This document shows positions 1 through 7,987 of a stretch of DNA of 41,842 nt, one piece after another. The stretch lies in IMG/VR virus record IMGVR_UViG_3300033067_000328, positions 1-41,842 of that record. One strand, given 5' to 3'. The notes beneath the pieces are model-generated. The model saw only the letters and a list, made by a program, of their open reading frames with translations, was not told the origin of the DNA and did no database searches. A program made the translations under genes and the position numbers. The stretch comes from a virus (taxonomy: Duplodnaviria > Caudoviricetes). The first letter of the stretch is position 1; every line of letters starts with the position of its first letter.

Positions 1-246
1 GCGCAACGCGGTCAGCGTCTCTTGAATGTGACCAACGATGCGCGGCACGTTCAATGACCCGCCTTCAGTGCGCGATTTGTCAACAGTCAATCCGAGGGCC
101 GCGCAAATTTTGTCAGCGTCGGCACACTCACGTTCCAAATCGACGCTCCGACGAGCCAATTCCTCCGCGATCTCTTTGCGGGTATCTGAGCACGCAAAGC
201 ACCCGTTGGGCGGCAACAGCAGCGCGATCATTTCATTCGTGTCCAT
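1..246 (-). CDS. Hypothetical early protein, runs off the left edge (MDTNEMIALLLPPNGCFAC...)
   Basis: ATG at 246 with upstream GGGAG; open for 82 codons to position 1 (read manually, not in ORF track). Confidence 0.6.
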   Translation of the reverse strand, partial: MDTNEMIALLLPPNGCFACSDTRKEIAEELARRSVDLERECADADKICAALGLTVDKSRTEGGSLNVPRIVGHIQETLTALR

Positions 247-270
247 CAGTCTCTCCCATCTCTGATCGGT

Positions 271-753
271 TTATGTCGCGTCCTTGTAGCGATCAACTAC
301 GGCGCGGGCCATGACCGACGCTTTGGCGAACCTTGCGGTAACCTGATCCATGCGACATTCGCTAATGGACTCAAGCAATTCCTTTAGCGCCTGACGTACA
401 ACCTCGACGGGGGCAATCGGGATCGCTTCGGGCTGCGGCTCGGCCTGCGGCTCGCTCGCGGGCGCGCAATGTCCGCACAGCAGCGGGCGCACCGGCTTGC
501 CGCATCCGTCGCATGTCGGCTGCGCTGTCGCGGCGGCGAGGGCGGCGCGTCGGTTCCATGCGGTGATCGCGGTATCGGGCTCGCCCCAATCCTTGCCGGC
601 AACCTCTGCGCCACACACGCAACGGACAACCGGGTACGAGCGGTCCGCCGGGTTGTATGGCGTGCCCCTGTCACATGTCCGTGCAAGTGCTTGGACCTTC
701 GTGCTCCCACAGAACGGGCACGGCAGCAGCGGCGGGGTGCGGTCAGCGGTCAT
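271..753 (-). CDS. Lar-like restriction alleviation protein (Zn-ribbon)
   Basis: LLPCPFCGS...VRCVCGA...AITAWNRR signature; ATGA overlap with the upstream gene. Confidence 0.75.
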   Translation of the reverse strand: MTADRTPPLLPCPFCGSTKVQALARTCDRGTPYNPADRSYPVVRCVCGAEVAGKDWGEPDTAITAWNRRAALAAATAQPTCDGCGKPVRPLLCGHCAPASEPQAEPQPEAIPIAPVEVVRQALKELLESISECRMDQVTARFAKASVMARAVVDRYKDAT

Positions 754-1061
754 GCGGTCCTCACTTTCTTCTGCTCCCACAGTCGGAGCGTGGTACGGTC
801 CATCGCGCGGCGGAACATGTCGCGTTTCTGGCTGCTAGACCAGTCGCCGGTAGGGTCGCGGCCCGCGCCTTGGTCGAGCCATGCGTGGCAGCGATGGCAC
901 AAATGCGCGATGTAGCAGTCATGCGCCTTGATGCTCATCCCCTTGCCATGTTCCGACCAGTTGCTATGCGCGCTGACTATGGTCCCGTCCTCTGCGCCGC
1001 AGTTGGTGCAGGACTGGTCGCGGGCCATCCGCAGCAGGGCAGGGGAGCGGAAGTTGCTCAT
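750..1061 (-). CDS. DUF1364/YbcO-like Zn-binding nuclease-fold protein
   Basis: ARDQSCTNCG...TIVSAHSN...GKGMSIKAHD...LCHRCHAWLD motif. Confidence 0.75.
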   Translation of the reverse strand: MSNFRSPALLRMARDQSCTNCGAEDGTIVSAHSNWSEHGKGMSIKAHDCYIAHLCHRCHAWLDQGAGRDPTGDWSSSQKRDMFRRAMDRTTLRLWEQKKVRTA

Positions 1062-1378
1062 GCGGCCAGCTCATCCAGAAACACGCCCCGTTCCGCCGCA
1101 TCCGCCTGCACCTTCTCGAAGTAGTCCGAGAATTCCGAGACATCGAGGTTGGCGGTGCTGTTGGGGATCGTCAGCGTCTTGCCGTTGGGTAGCGTCATGT
1201 CCTCTGCGCCGAGAAAGCGTGTTTTGTAGTAGGCGTGGAACTGGTCAGCGGAGTACGTCTTTCCGCCCCACTCCCGTTGCGACATCAGGTGCAGCAGCGA
1301 CCAATACATCGCGTTCTGCGGGTTGCTGCGCTTGTGGCGCCGGCCACAGGTTGGGCATCTAGAAGGGGAGCGGGTCAT
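1058..1378 (-). CDS. NinB/YbcN-like recombination accessory protein
   Basis: KRSNPQNAMYWSLL and STANLDVSEFSDYFEKV motifs; start ATG 1378 inferred. Confidence 0.7.
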   Translation of the reverse strand: MTRSPSRCPTCGRRHKRSNPQNAMYWSLLHLMSQREWGGKTYSADQFHAYYKTRFLGAEDMTLPNGKTLTIPNSTANLDVSEFSDYFEKVQADAAERGVFLDELAA

Positions 1379-1601
1379 CGTCGTCCGCAGCGGGTTTCGC
1401 CGGCCTGCCACGCGGCGCGGCCTGCGCTTCCTTCGGCTTGAACGACAGCGAGTACCACTTGCCGTTCTCGCCATCCTTCTGCCAGCCGTCCACCCAATAC
1501 TCGACCCCGGCAATGGTCGCCTTGCCCTTGATGTCGGGGTGCGTCTCCTTCTCCTTGCGCGTGTTCTTGCTGATGCTGCCGCTGTTGTCGTACTTGCTCA
1601 T
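1359..1601 (-). CDS. Small putative ssDNA-binding protein
   Basis: Acidic SSB-like tail DDDDPLPF; HPDIKG...GVEYWVDGW core; lies next to ERF. Confidence 0.65.
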   Translation of the reverse strand: MSKYDNSGSISKNTRKEKETHPDIKGKATIAGVEYWVDGWQKDGENGKWYSLSFKPKEAQAAPRGRPAKPAADDDDPLPF

Positions 1602-1609
1602 GCCTGCTC

Positions 1610-2287
1610 CTACGCTTGGGTGGCGAGCGCGGGTTGCGCTGCCTTTTTCAGTGTGCTGCGGACCTTGCTCGGCAATTGCGACCAGAGCGCCAACTTGTCC
1701 TCATGCTTGGTATACGACTCGTAGATCGCCAGCGCATCAACGATCACGCCGTCCTCTATCAGCGCGATAATCTCCATCGCGTGCTCGCGGACGACGGTCT
1801 GCACGTCGGGCGGCAAGGCGTCGAACGCCGCCTGATTCACTCCGGCGCCGGACAGCCCTTTGTCAGCGGCCATGCGGTCGGCGATGGGCTTCGCAGCCGC
1901 AGCAGCGTTGCCGTCGTCATCTTCGGCGGCGATGCCGCACGCAGCCTGGAGCGAGTACCGCCGGCAGTAGGTGATGGCGGAACCAAACCCCTGCGCGTCG
2001 GCCTTGTTCACCGGCACGTAGAACGGGTCCCCGCGCACCCATTCCCCGGATTCGTGGAGCAACATCGTCTCCACGCCAACCTCGTCTTTGTCGTTGGTGC
2101 ATGGGAACTGGATGTAGGACAACCCGTGGTCGTTCAGGGCCTCCTTTACCGCATCCACGACCGACGTAAGATCGGCGTATTTGCTCTTGAAGAACTGGTT
2201 GTTGCTGTCCTTCTTGGCGTTGGTCATGCGGCTCTGCGCCAGCACAAGAGCGGTTGCCAGTGCGGTGATGCTGTCACTCTGTTTCAT
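1610..2287 (-). CDS. erf: ERF-family single-strand annealing protein
   Basis: NQFFKSKYADL, LLHESGEW and AQGFGSAITYCRRYSL...AEDDDGN motifs. Confidence 0.9.
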   Translation of the reverse strand: MKQSDSITALATALVLAQSRMTNAKKDSNNQFFKSKYADLTSVVDAVKEALNDHGLSYIQFPCTNDKDEVGVETMLLHESGEWVRGDPFYVPVNKADAQGFGSAITYCRRYSLQAACGIAAEDDDGNAAAAAKPIADRMAADKGLSGAGVNQAAFDALPPDVQTVVREHAMEIIALIEDGVIVDALAIYESYTKHEDKLALWSQLPSKVRSTLKKAAQPALATQA

Positions 2288-2447
2288 TCGGAATCTCCAC
2301 GTAAGCACAGTGCATCTCGCCGCAGCATCCCCGGAAGTGCGCCACGTCCTCCGACAGTTCGTTGCCGCAATACGGGCATATCCAGGCCATGCGCGACGCT
2401 TCCTCTGCCATTTCCTCGCGCTGGTCGCACTGGCGGTAGTCGGTCAT
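2274..2447 (-). CDS. Small Zn-finger protein, 57 aa
   Basis: Manual translation MTDYRQCDQ...CPYCG...CCGEMH; ATGA coupling with the upstream gene. Confidence 0.6.
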   Translation of the reverse strand: MTDYRQCDQREEMAEEASRMAWICPYCGNELSEDVAHFRGCCGEMHCAYVEIPNETE

Positions 2448-2629
2448 GCGCGCACCTTGGCGATGGTTTCGCGGGCATGGTCAACCGCCTCTTGCAGGAC
2501 CGCTCGTTCTGCCGCGTGGGGCACGCCGACGGCGCAGGCGCCGATAAGCATCATGTCCAGCGCGTCCAGCAGCATCAGCTTTTGCTGCTCGGCTGTAACG
2601 AGCGCGTTCATCACCTGTGCATCGCTCAT
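2444..2629 (-). CDS. Hypothetical protein
   Basis: MSDAQVMNAL...; 4-bp overlaps on both sides. Confidence 0.6.
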   Translation of the reverse strand: MSDAQVMNALVTAEQQKLMLLDALDMMLIGACAVGVPHAAERAVLQEAVDHARETIAKVRA

Positions 2630-2808
2630 GACCGCGCCTCGCTCGGCGGCGTCCAGTCGTAGAGCGCGAACAGGCGCCGCACGTCGGTCTTGCTGCTGTC
2701 GGTGTACGGCTTGCCCGTGTCCAGCGTCTTGCCTTCCTTGCGCAGCTCGCGGGCCAGCCACAGTTGCCGCGCCATCACTCTGCGCACGTTCGGGTCATTC
2801 CTGTCCAC
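2626..2808 (-). CDS. Hypothetical protein
   Basis: GTG start with AAGGAG SD; MDRNDPNVRRV... Confidence 0.6.
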   Translation of the reverse strand: MDRNDPNVRRVMARQLWLARELRKEGKTLDTGKPYTDSSKTDVRRLFALYDWTPPSEARS

Positions 2809-3052
2809 GGTTGCGCTCCTTGAGCATGGCGTCGGCCATCCAATACGCGGATGTCGCAACTTCTGGCTCGTGGATTCTTGACATGGCGTAGTTCCTGGCG
2901 ATGGCGCCCAGCAGTGCCGCCATCGCCTTCGCCGCGAAGTAGTCGCGCACCGTCAGCCCCGGCTCGCGCGTGTGGTAGTACGTTTCCTTCGTTTGCTCGT
3001 CATACGCGGGGCTGATGTTCGGGAACGCGGGACCGCCTGTGTCGGGTTTCAT
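2795..3052 (-). CDS. Conserved phage hypothetical protein (GGPAFP...GLTVRDYFAAKAM family)
   Basis: Common phage early-gene motif GGPAFP / RDYFAAKAM / AYWMADAML. Confidence 0.75.
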   Translation of the reverse strand: MKPDTGGPAFPNISPAYDEQTKETYYHTREPGLTVRDYFAAKAMAALLGAIARNYAMSRIHEPEVATSAYWMADAMLKERNRGQE

Positions 3053-3408
3053 GCGTCCTCCGCGACCGTCGCCGGATGCAACTCGGGATGCGCGTCGATC
3101 CACGTATTGAACGCGCGAATATCATCATCGGTAGCGCCGCAGCACGTCCGCCCGCCACGGTGGACCATGAAGCTGTACGCGCCGGGGAATACCTTGCGTT
3201 TAGTCTCCGCGTAGTACGCCTTGGCTGCGGGTAGCCAATCCTCCTGGACCGCCACCTCGGGCGGCTTCTCTACGCGCTGCTTGTTGTCGTCGTAGTGGTA
3301 GATGACGTACGGCAGCGCACAGCGATGGCACACACCGACGCCGTGCGTGTCGGACCAGTTGAATGCGAGCAGCGAGCCGCACACTTCGCACTTCTGACGT
3401 TCGTTCAT
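3049..3408 (-). CDS. Zn-ribbon hypothetical protein
   Basis: MNERQKCEVCG...CHRC; SD GGAGAGG. Confidence 0.65.
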   Translation of the reverse strand: MNERQKCEVCGSLLAFNWSDTHGVGVCHRCALPYVIYHYDDNKQRVEKPPEVAVQEDWLPAAKAYYAETKRKVFPGAYSFMVHRGGRTCCGATDDDIRAFNTWIDAHPELHPATVAEDA

Positions 3409-3416
3409 GCCCTCTC

Positions 3417-3545
3417 CTATCCAATCCAGCCAAGCAGCACGCACACCAGCAGCGCGCAGCACACGTAGAAAATGACCTTGTCTGCCACTACCGCCGTATC
3501 GTCGGCGTTCATGGCCCAGCGGGTGAGGCGGGGAATGGGGTTCAT
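3417..3545 (-). CDS. Small membrane peptide, 42 aa
   Basis: Manual translation MNPIPRL...VIFYVCCALLVCVLLGWIG; ATGA coupling. Confidence 0.55.
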   Translation of the reverse strand: MNPIPRLTRWAMNADDTAVVADKVIFYVCCALLVCVLLGWIG

Positions 3546-3847
3546 AGCGCACCATCTATGCGGTCTTCATCCATCAGCCACGCCGCATACCGCAGCGCGC
3601 CCGTCCGAATCTCTCGGCGCGCACGGTCTGCATCGTCGCCGCCGCGCATCAGTTCGGGACCCCAGTCCAGCAGGTTGTCATCGACGAACGATGCGATGTC
3701 GCCGTGCGGGTCCTCGCCGCGAATGAACTTGTCCCAATCCTCCTCGGCGAGTTCCTGCGCCGCGCGGGCGCGGTCGTTCTCGTCGTAGGCGCAATGGGCC
3801 GCGTCGTGCATCGACTGCGTAAGCCCGTCTGGATATGCGTAGGCCAT
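3542..3847 (-). CDS. First gene of the leftward operon, acidic hypothetical protein
   Basis: MAYAYPDG...; GGGAG SD. Confidence 0.65.
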   Translation of the reverse strand: MAYAYPDGLTQSMHDAAHCAYDENDRARAAQELAEEDWDKFIRGEDPHGDIASFVDDNLLDWGPELMRGGDDADRARREIRTGALRYAAWLMDEDRIDGAL

Positions 3848-3970
3848 GTCTCTGTCTCCCGTGTGGTGCGCTCCGTCGCGGTTCACCGAAGTCCTCCGCG
3901 TTCACTACGGGGCTTGCGCCGTCCCACCCCCGCCGGTTTGCTGCCTACGTGTCCGAAGGGACAACGTGGG

Positions 3971-4003
3971 AGTATTAGGCCACAGACTGTGGACCCTTGT
4001 CAA
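3971..4003 (-). promoter_or_regulatory. Leftward early promoter (PL-like)
   Basis: TTGACA at 4003-3998 followed by GCCTAATACT -10 region; operator lies in the spacer. Confidence 0.55.
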
Positions 4004-4084
4004 CACATTTCGTGGACATTAGCCATGGCCAAAATGTCCACGAAAAGTGTTGTCCGGGGGCTTGTATCACTCCACGACTTGTGT
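3980..4084. promoter_or_regulatory. Four 13-bp operator-like sites, CCAC-N5-GTG(G/T)
   Basis: 3980-3992 CCACAGACTGTGG; 4003-4015 (rc CCACGAAATGTGT); 4038-4050 CCACGAAAAGTGT; 4072-4084 CCACGACTTGTGT. Confidence 0.75.
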
Positions 4085-4089
4085 ACAAT
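4062..4089 (+). promoter_or_regulatory. Rightward early promoter (PR-like)
   Basis: TTGTAT-N16-TACAAT. Confidence 0.6.
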
Positions 4090-4096
4090 CTCATGT

Positions 4097-4291
4097 GTGA
4101 CCACGGAAACTCCCTTCCAGAAGTTCCTAGCCGCCAGCCGTGACGCGGAGATTGCCGAGCAGATCGGCGTGCGTCCGCGGACGGTGCAGTCGTGGCGGCT
4201 GGGCGAACGCTACCCGCGACCGGAGCAGGCCCGCGAAATCATCGCGCGGCTGCCGGTGACCATGGACGACATTTACGGGGCCCAGCCATGA
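4097..4291 (+). CDS. Cro-like XRE HTH regulator, 64 aa, probably leaderless
   Basis: AEIAEQIGVRPRTVQSWRLGERYPRP HTH; first gene after the divergent promoters; GTG 7 nt after the -10 box. Confidence 0.8.
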   Translation: MTTETPFQKFLAASRDAEIAEQIGVRPRTVQSWRLGERYPRPEQAREIIARLPVTMDDIYGAQP

Positions 4292-4533
4292 GGGATTGGC
4301 AAATGGTCAGGTGCGGCCACGGCAGCGGCCCGTTGCGCGCGCGTCGTCAGTCTGCCGCCCATTCCTTGGTCAACAAGGCCGTGAGGCACGGAGCTATCGC
4401 GCGCCCTGACACACTTGCTTGCGCAGACTGTGGGGCAGCAGCCCGCGATTACGACCACCGCGATTACGACAGGCCGATGGATGTCGAGCCTGTTTGCCGC
4501 TCTTGCAATTGCCTGCGCGGGGCGGCCGCGTGA
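4288..4533 (+). CDS. Small HNH-like Zn-binding protein
   Basis: AHSLVNKAVRHG...CADCG...HRDYDRPMDVEPVCRSC. Confidence 0.6.
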   Translation: MRDWQMVRCGHGSGPLRARRQSAAHSLVNKAVRHGAIARPDTLACADCGAAARDYDHRDYDRPMDVEPVCRSCNCLRGAAA

Positions 4534-4836
4534 GCCTCGGCCTGCGCTCCCGGCTGTCGCTCGCCCGGATCGCGGGTACAGGCTTCCCCACGCTCCCACG
4601 ATATTCCGCCGACCCGCAGTTACGCAGTCGGCCGAACGCTGATTGTGCGGACTACATTTCGCACGCGCGTTCAACGTCTCCCATGCTCGCTGGTTCCTCC
4701 CCGGCGAGCCTTTCCCGCGCACCGGCTGTGGTGGTCGGTGTCGCGGGTACTTATTTGGACTAGCGATGGCCGACGACGGCGGTGGACTGCTGGTGCAAGC
4801 CGCAGCCGGACGCGGAAGAACCGGCGGTGCTGGTGC

Positions 4837-5040
4837 ATGAGGTTGGCTTCGATGACTGACCGCTGCAACGGCTCTGGCTGCATCGCCCGCCGCGACTGTG
4901 CGCGGTGGGTGGCCTATGAGTACTGGGTTGCGACTGACCGCTACGATCCGGAAGCCGCTTACCAGTGTTCCGGGTTCGTCAGCACGACCCCGCAGGCGGT
5001 GCCGGTGTGGGTGCAGAACGTGTACAGGAGGATGGCGTGA
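4837..5040 (+). CDS. Cys-rich hypothetical protein
   Basis: DRCNGSGCIARRDCARW; overlaps the next start codon. Confidence 0.45.
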   Translation: MRLASMTDRCNGSGCIARRDCARWVAYEYWVATDRYDPEAAYQCSGFVSTTPQAVPVWVQNVYRRMA

Positions 5041-5228
5041 GGCGCTGGCGGCTATTCGACATCGTTGCCATGGTTGGCCTCACATGTCTTGGAGTGTCCG
5101 GGTTCGCGCTGGGCGCCGCGCTTGTGTGGTCCGCATACGTTGAATGCGGTGTTTGGGCGGCGCTGATCGTTGCAACGATGTTCGTCGGCGCGGGCTGCGG
5201 ATTCTTGCTCATGGCATTCGACGCATGA
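5037..5228 (+). CDS. Small two-TM membrane protein
   Basis: GTG with AGGAGG SD; two hydrophobic stretches. Confidence 0.6.
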   Translation: MRRWRLFDIVAMVGLTCLGVSGFALGAALVWSAYVECGVWAALIVATMFVGAGCGFLLMAFDA

Positions 5229-5443
5229 CCAAGCACCTCGTCGCCGCTGCGTTCCTGCATGAGGCATGGAAAGCCCGCGAGGCGCGCTGGCAGGCGTCTA
5301 TGGACACGATCCTGCGGGTGGTGGAACAGGTGCAAGACGATCAACGGGCGAAAGCGGATGCCGGTGTGGGAGGCGGACTACCCCCTCGTGCGCAGCCGGA
5401 CGCAGCGAGTAGCTCACCCCAAGTATGGCGGCGTCGCAAGTGA
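5225..5443 (+). CDS. Hypothetical protein
   Basis: MTKHLVAAAFL...; ATGA and GTGA overlaps. Confidence 0.5.
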   Translation: MTKHLVAAAFLHEAWKAREARWQASMDTILRVVEQVQDDQRAKADAGVGGGLPPRAQPDAASSSPQVWRRRK

Positions 5444-5712
5444 GACGGGCCGCCAAGATCGACGCGAACCAAAGCGCCATCGTGGAAGCGTTGCGCGCTC
5501 GCGGCTGGGGCGTGCAATCCCTGGCAGCGGTCGGCAACGGCTGTCCCGACCTGCTGGTGGCGAAGGGCGAGCGGACGCTGGTGGTCGAGTGCAAGGCAGG
5601 TAGTGGCTTCACGCCCCGGCAGAAGGCATGGCACCGCGACTGGCCGGGCAAGGCGTATGTGGCAAACAGCGTAGAGGACGCGCTGTTGATTGTTGGAGAG
5701 CGCACCGAATAG
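5440..5712 (+). CDS. VRR-NUC / PD-(D/E)xK nuclease (putative resolvase)
   Basis: RRAAKIDANQ...GCPDLLV...VECK...TPRQKAW. Confidence 0.8.
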   Translation: MRRAAKIDANQSAIVEALRARGWGVQSLAAVGNGCPDLLVAKGERTLVVECKAGSGFTPRQKAWHRDWPGKAYVANSVEDALLIVGERTE

Positions 5713-5951
5713 CGAAGGGTCAACCGTCCGAACGACGGTGCGTGATGTGCCCAAGAAGGTCCAGCAGGGGCAAGCGTGGGTGTTAGATGCTAGAGCGCGC
5801 TGGGGCACCGCAAAGTGTGTCGCAAGACAGTCTGGCAGACGAACTTGGGGTCTAACGAACTCAGGGACGAAACACGGCTTCCCATTCAGTTGGGTGGGGG
5901 GTCGTCCATCCGGGGCCGTCGGAATCTAGGGACGAGAGGGGATAGGTAGAG

Positions 5952-6503
5952 ATGAACTTGAGGCAATACCTGAGCGCGAAGTACGACGTAGACGTACCGA
6001 CGATCATCACAAAACGCGAGGCACGCATTTTTGGCATTCCGTACCCGCTGACGAAGGGGTGGCTGCAAGCGTTTGGGCATATCGAGATCGGCCCGACGAT
6101 GGCGCGAAAACTTGGCGCGATCAACCTGGACCGCGCGAAGGAGACGAAATCGCCACGCGCCAAGCGATATGCGGAGCATGGGGTGAAGGCCAGCAAGGAG
6201 GCCGGGAAGATTGCCTCTTGGACGCCGAGCATCGATCCCTCTAGAGACGATTTTCTGCGCACCTACGAGTGGCGCCGGGTGCGTATGCAGGCGCTGAAAA
6301 AGTACGGCGCGCGCTGCCAGTGCTGTGGCGCGACTGCGGATAAGGGCGTCCGCGTCCACGTAGACCACATCAAGCCGCGCAAACTGTTCCCGCAGCTCGC
6401 GCTGGACGTGAACAACCTGCAAATCTTGTGCGAGGAATGCAATCACGGCAAGGGTAACTGGGACATGACCGACTGGCGAACGGGGGAGAAGGCCGATGCT
6501 TAA
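5952..6503 (+). CDS. HNH endonuclease
   Basis: CQCCG...VHVDHIKPR...NNLQILCEECNHGK. Confidence 0.9.
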   Translation: MNLRQYLSAKYDVDVPTIITKREARIFGIPYPLTKGWLQAFGHIEIGPTMARKLGAINLDRAKETKSPRAKRYAEHGVKASKEAGKIASWTPSIDPSRDDFLRTYEWRRVRMQALKKYGARCQCCGATADKGVRVHVDHIKPRKLFPQLALDVNNLQILCEECNHGKGNWDMTDWRTGEKADA

Positions 6504-6873
6504 CGTGGTGCCGTTGGAGAAGCCGCAACAGGAAGCGGTGACGTTTGACGATTTTTGGCTGCTGTTCCCGCGTCGAGTGGCCCGTAAAGGCGCGCTCAAG
6601 GCGTGGTCGCGGCTGTCTGCCGACGAACGCATGGCGGCCATTACTGCGCTCGTGGACTGGCGCCGCGTGTGGGCGATGCGTGAGTTGCAGTACGTGCCGC
6701 ACGCGGCGACGTGGTTGAACGGCGAGCGGTGGACGGACGAGTTGCCGGAAGAGTTCACGCGGCAGCAAATCCGGCCGAGCGCGCAGGCCGAGTACAAGCC
6801 GGGCGCTGTTGCGGAGCGGTCGGTGATGCCGGACAAGGTGCGGGATGCGCTGGCGAAGATGAGGGGACGGTGA
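6496..6873 (+). CDS. Phage replication protein (C-terminal replisome-organiser-type domain only)
   Basis: FDDFWLLFPRRVARKGALKAW...YVPHAATWLNGERWTDE. Confidence 0.7.
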   Translation: MLNVVPLEKPQQEAVTFDDFWLLFPRRVARKGALKAWSRLSADERMAAITALVDWRRVWAMRELQYVPHAATWLNGERWTDELPEEFTRQQIRPSAQAEYKPGAVAERSVMPDKVRDALAKMRGR

Positions 6874-7196
6874 TGGCGAATCTTGTGCAGTGGATTACGG
6901 AAACCGCCGCTGGTGAGCCGATAGAAGCCGTGGTGATCGGTGCGCTGAATGGTTACTCCGACGATTCGGATGAGCCTGTACCTAAAGATAAACGGTGTGT
7001 TGTGCTGACTTGGGACGAGGCGCGACCGCTGCTTGATTACGAGTTTCATGACGGCTTCGGCGGCGCGGAGTGCAACCCGGTGGAGGTTTACACGCCGACG
7101 CGCGTCCTGTTCGTCCACGAGCACGACGGCTCAACATGTATGGTTTGGGTGCCGCGTAATCCGCAGGCAACGGAACCGCAACACGGTGGCCGTTGA
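6873..7196 (+). CDS. Hypothetical protein
   Basis: MANLVQWI...LDYEFHDGFGG...EHDGS...VPRNP. Confidence 0.65.
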   Translation: MANLVQWITETAAGEPIEAVVIGALNGYSDDSDEPVPKDKRCVVLTWDEARPLLDYEFHDGFGGAECNPVEVYTPTRVLFVHEHDGSTCMVWVPRNPQATEPQHGGR

Positions 7197-7455
7197 CCTC
7201 GCCGCCCGCGCCCAGGCCATAGCCGACCGTGCCCGCGAGTCTGCCCCTGCCAAGCGAGAGCAGCGGCGGCAGGACATGCCGGGTACGGCGGCGTGGTGGG
7301 ACGGCTGGCTGCTGCCGAACTTTGGCAAGCCTGATTGGCTGCGAATGGAAGAGGGCGGGCGAGTGGTCGAGTACGGCAAGCGAACGGTAACGGGCGTGGC
7401 GGTAACGGCTTCCGCATCGTGCAAGCCGGGGAAGGCGATTAAGGAGCGGCGATGA
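7186..7455 (+). CDS. Hypothetical protein
   Basis: ORF chain continuity; GTG start inferred. Confidence 0.5.
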   Translation: MAVDLAARAQAIADRARESAPAKREQRRQDMPGTAAWWDGWLLPNFGKPDWLRMEEGGRVVEYGKRTVTGVAVTASASCKPGKAIKERR

Positions 7456-7604
7456 AACCCTGGCAGGCATGGCGAGCGCGCAATCCAGATGAGTACCGGC
7501 GCCGGCAGCGGGAACTGATGCGCGCCCGTCGCGCGGCTGTCCCCAAGCCCGCGCCTGCCGACGACTGGCACTTGCGCATGATCGTGGCGACCCGCCCCGC
7601 ATGA
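7452..7604 (+). CDS. Small basic protein, 50 aa
   Basis: Manual translation MKPWQAWRARNPDEYRRRQRELMR...; AAGGAG SD; ATGA overlaps at both ends. Confidence 0.6.
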   Translation: MKPWQAWRARNPDEYRRRQRELMRARRAAVPKPAPADDWHLRMIVATRPA

Positions 7605-7987
7605 ACGCACCCCTCTCCGACTACGACGTGATGGTCGCCATCCGCTTGCCGAACTGGTCGTTCTGCGGACAGCAAAACCCGCAACGCCCCGATCCCGAGG
7701 GCGGCACCGCGACTATCTACCAGATGGGGCGAGCCAACCGGGACGGGGACGGGGAAGAGGCACCAGAAGCCCCGCCACCGCCCCCGGACTACCGGGACGC
7801 GGAATGGCTGGACATCCTGATAGCTAACAAGCTACCGCGCGCCCACCGCATCACCCTGAGCCGGTACTACGGAACCTTCTACAAGAAGCCTGACCGCTCC
7901 TACGCGATCCGCACCAGCCTGCCATCTGCCGTGCGGGCGCTGCTGGATGTCGAATACTTTGCGAGGGAAATAGGATGGGGAAAGTAA
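7601..7987 (+). CDS. Putative Q-like late regulator/antiterminator
   Basis: RLPNW...DAEWLDILIANKL...RITLSRYY pattern; position before the late genes. Confidence 0.45.
   Translation: MNAPLSDYDVMVAIRLPNWSFCGQQNPQRPDPEGGTATIYQMGRANRDGDGEEAPEAPPPPPDYRDAEWLDILIANKLPRAHRITLSRYYGTFYKKPDRSYAIRTSLPSAVRALLDVEYFAREIGWGK

Noticed and set aside
4001-4052. Protelomerase (telRL) site
   Set aside because: The palindrome is imperfect, is explained by paired operators, and no protelomerase gene is present.
3704-4096. 195-aa N-terminally extended HTH ORF
   Set aside because: The extension crosses the opposite-strand gene and the promoter block; the real start is probably GTG 4097.
5860-5875. Hammerhead ribozyme (GACGAAAC)
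   Set aside because: No matching CTGANGA core found nearby.
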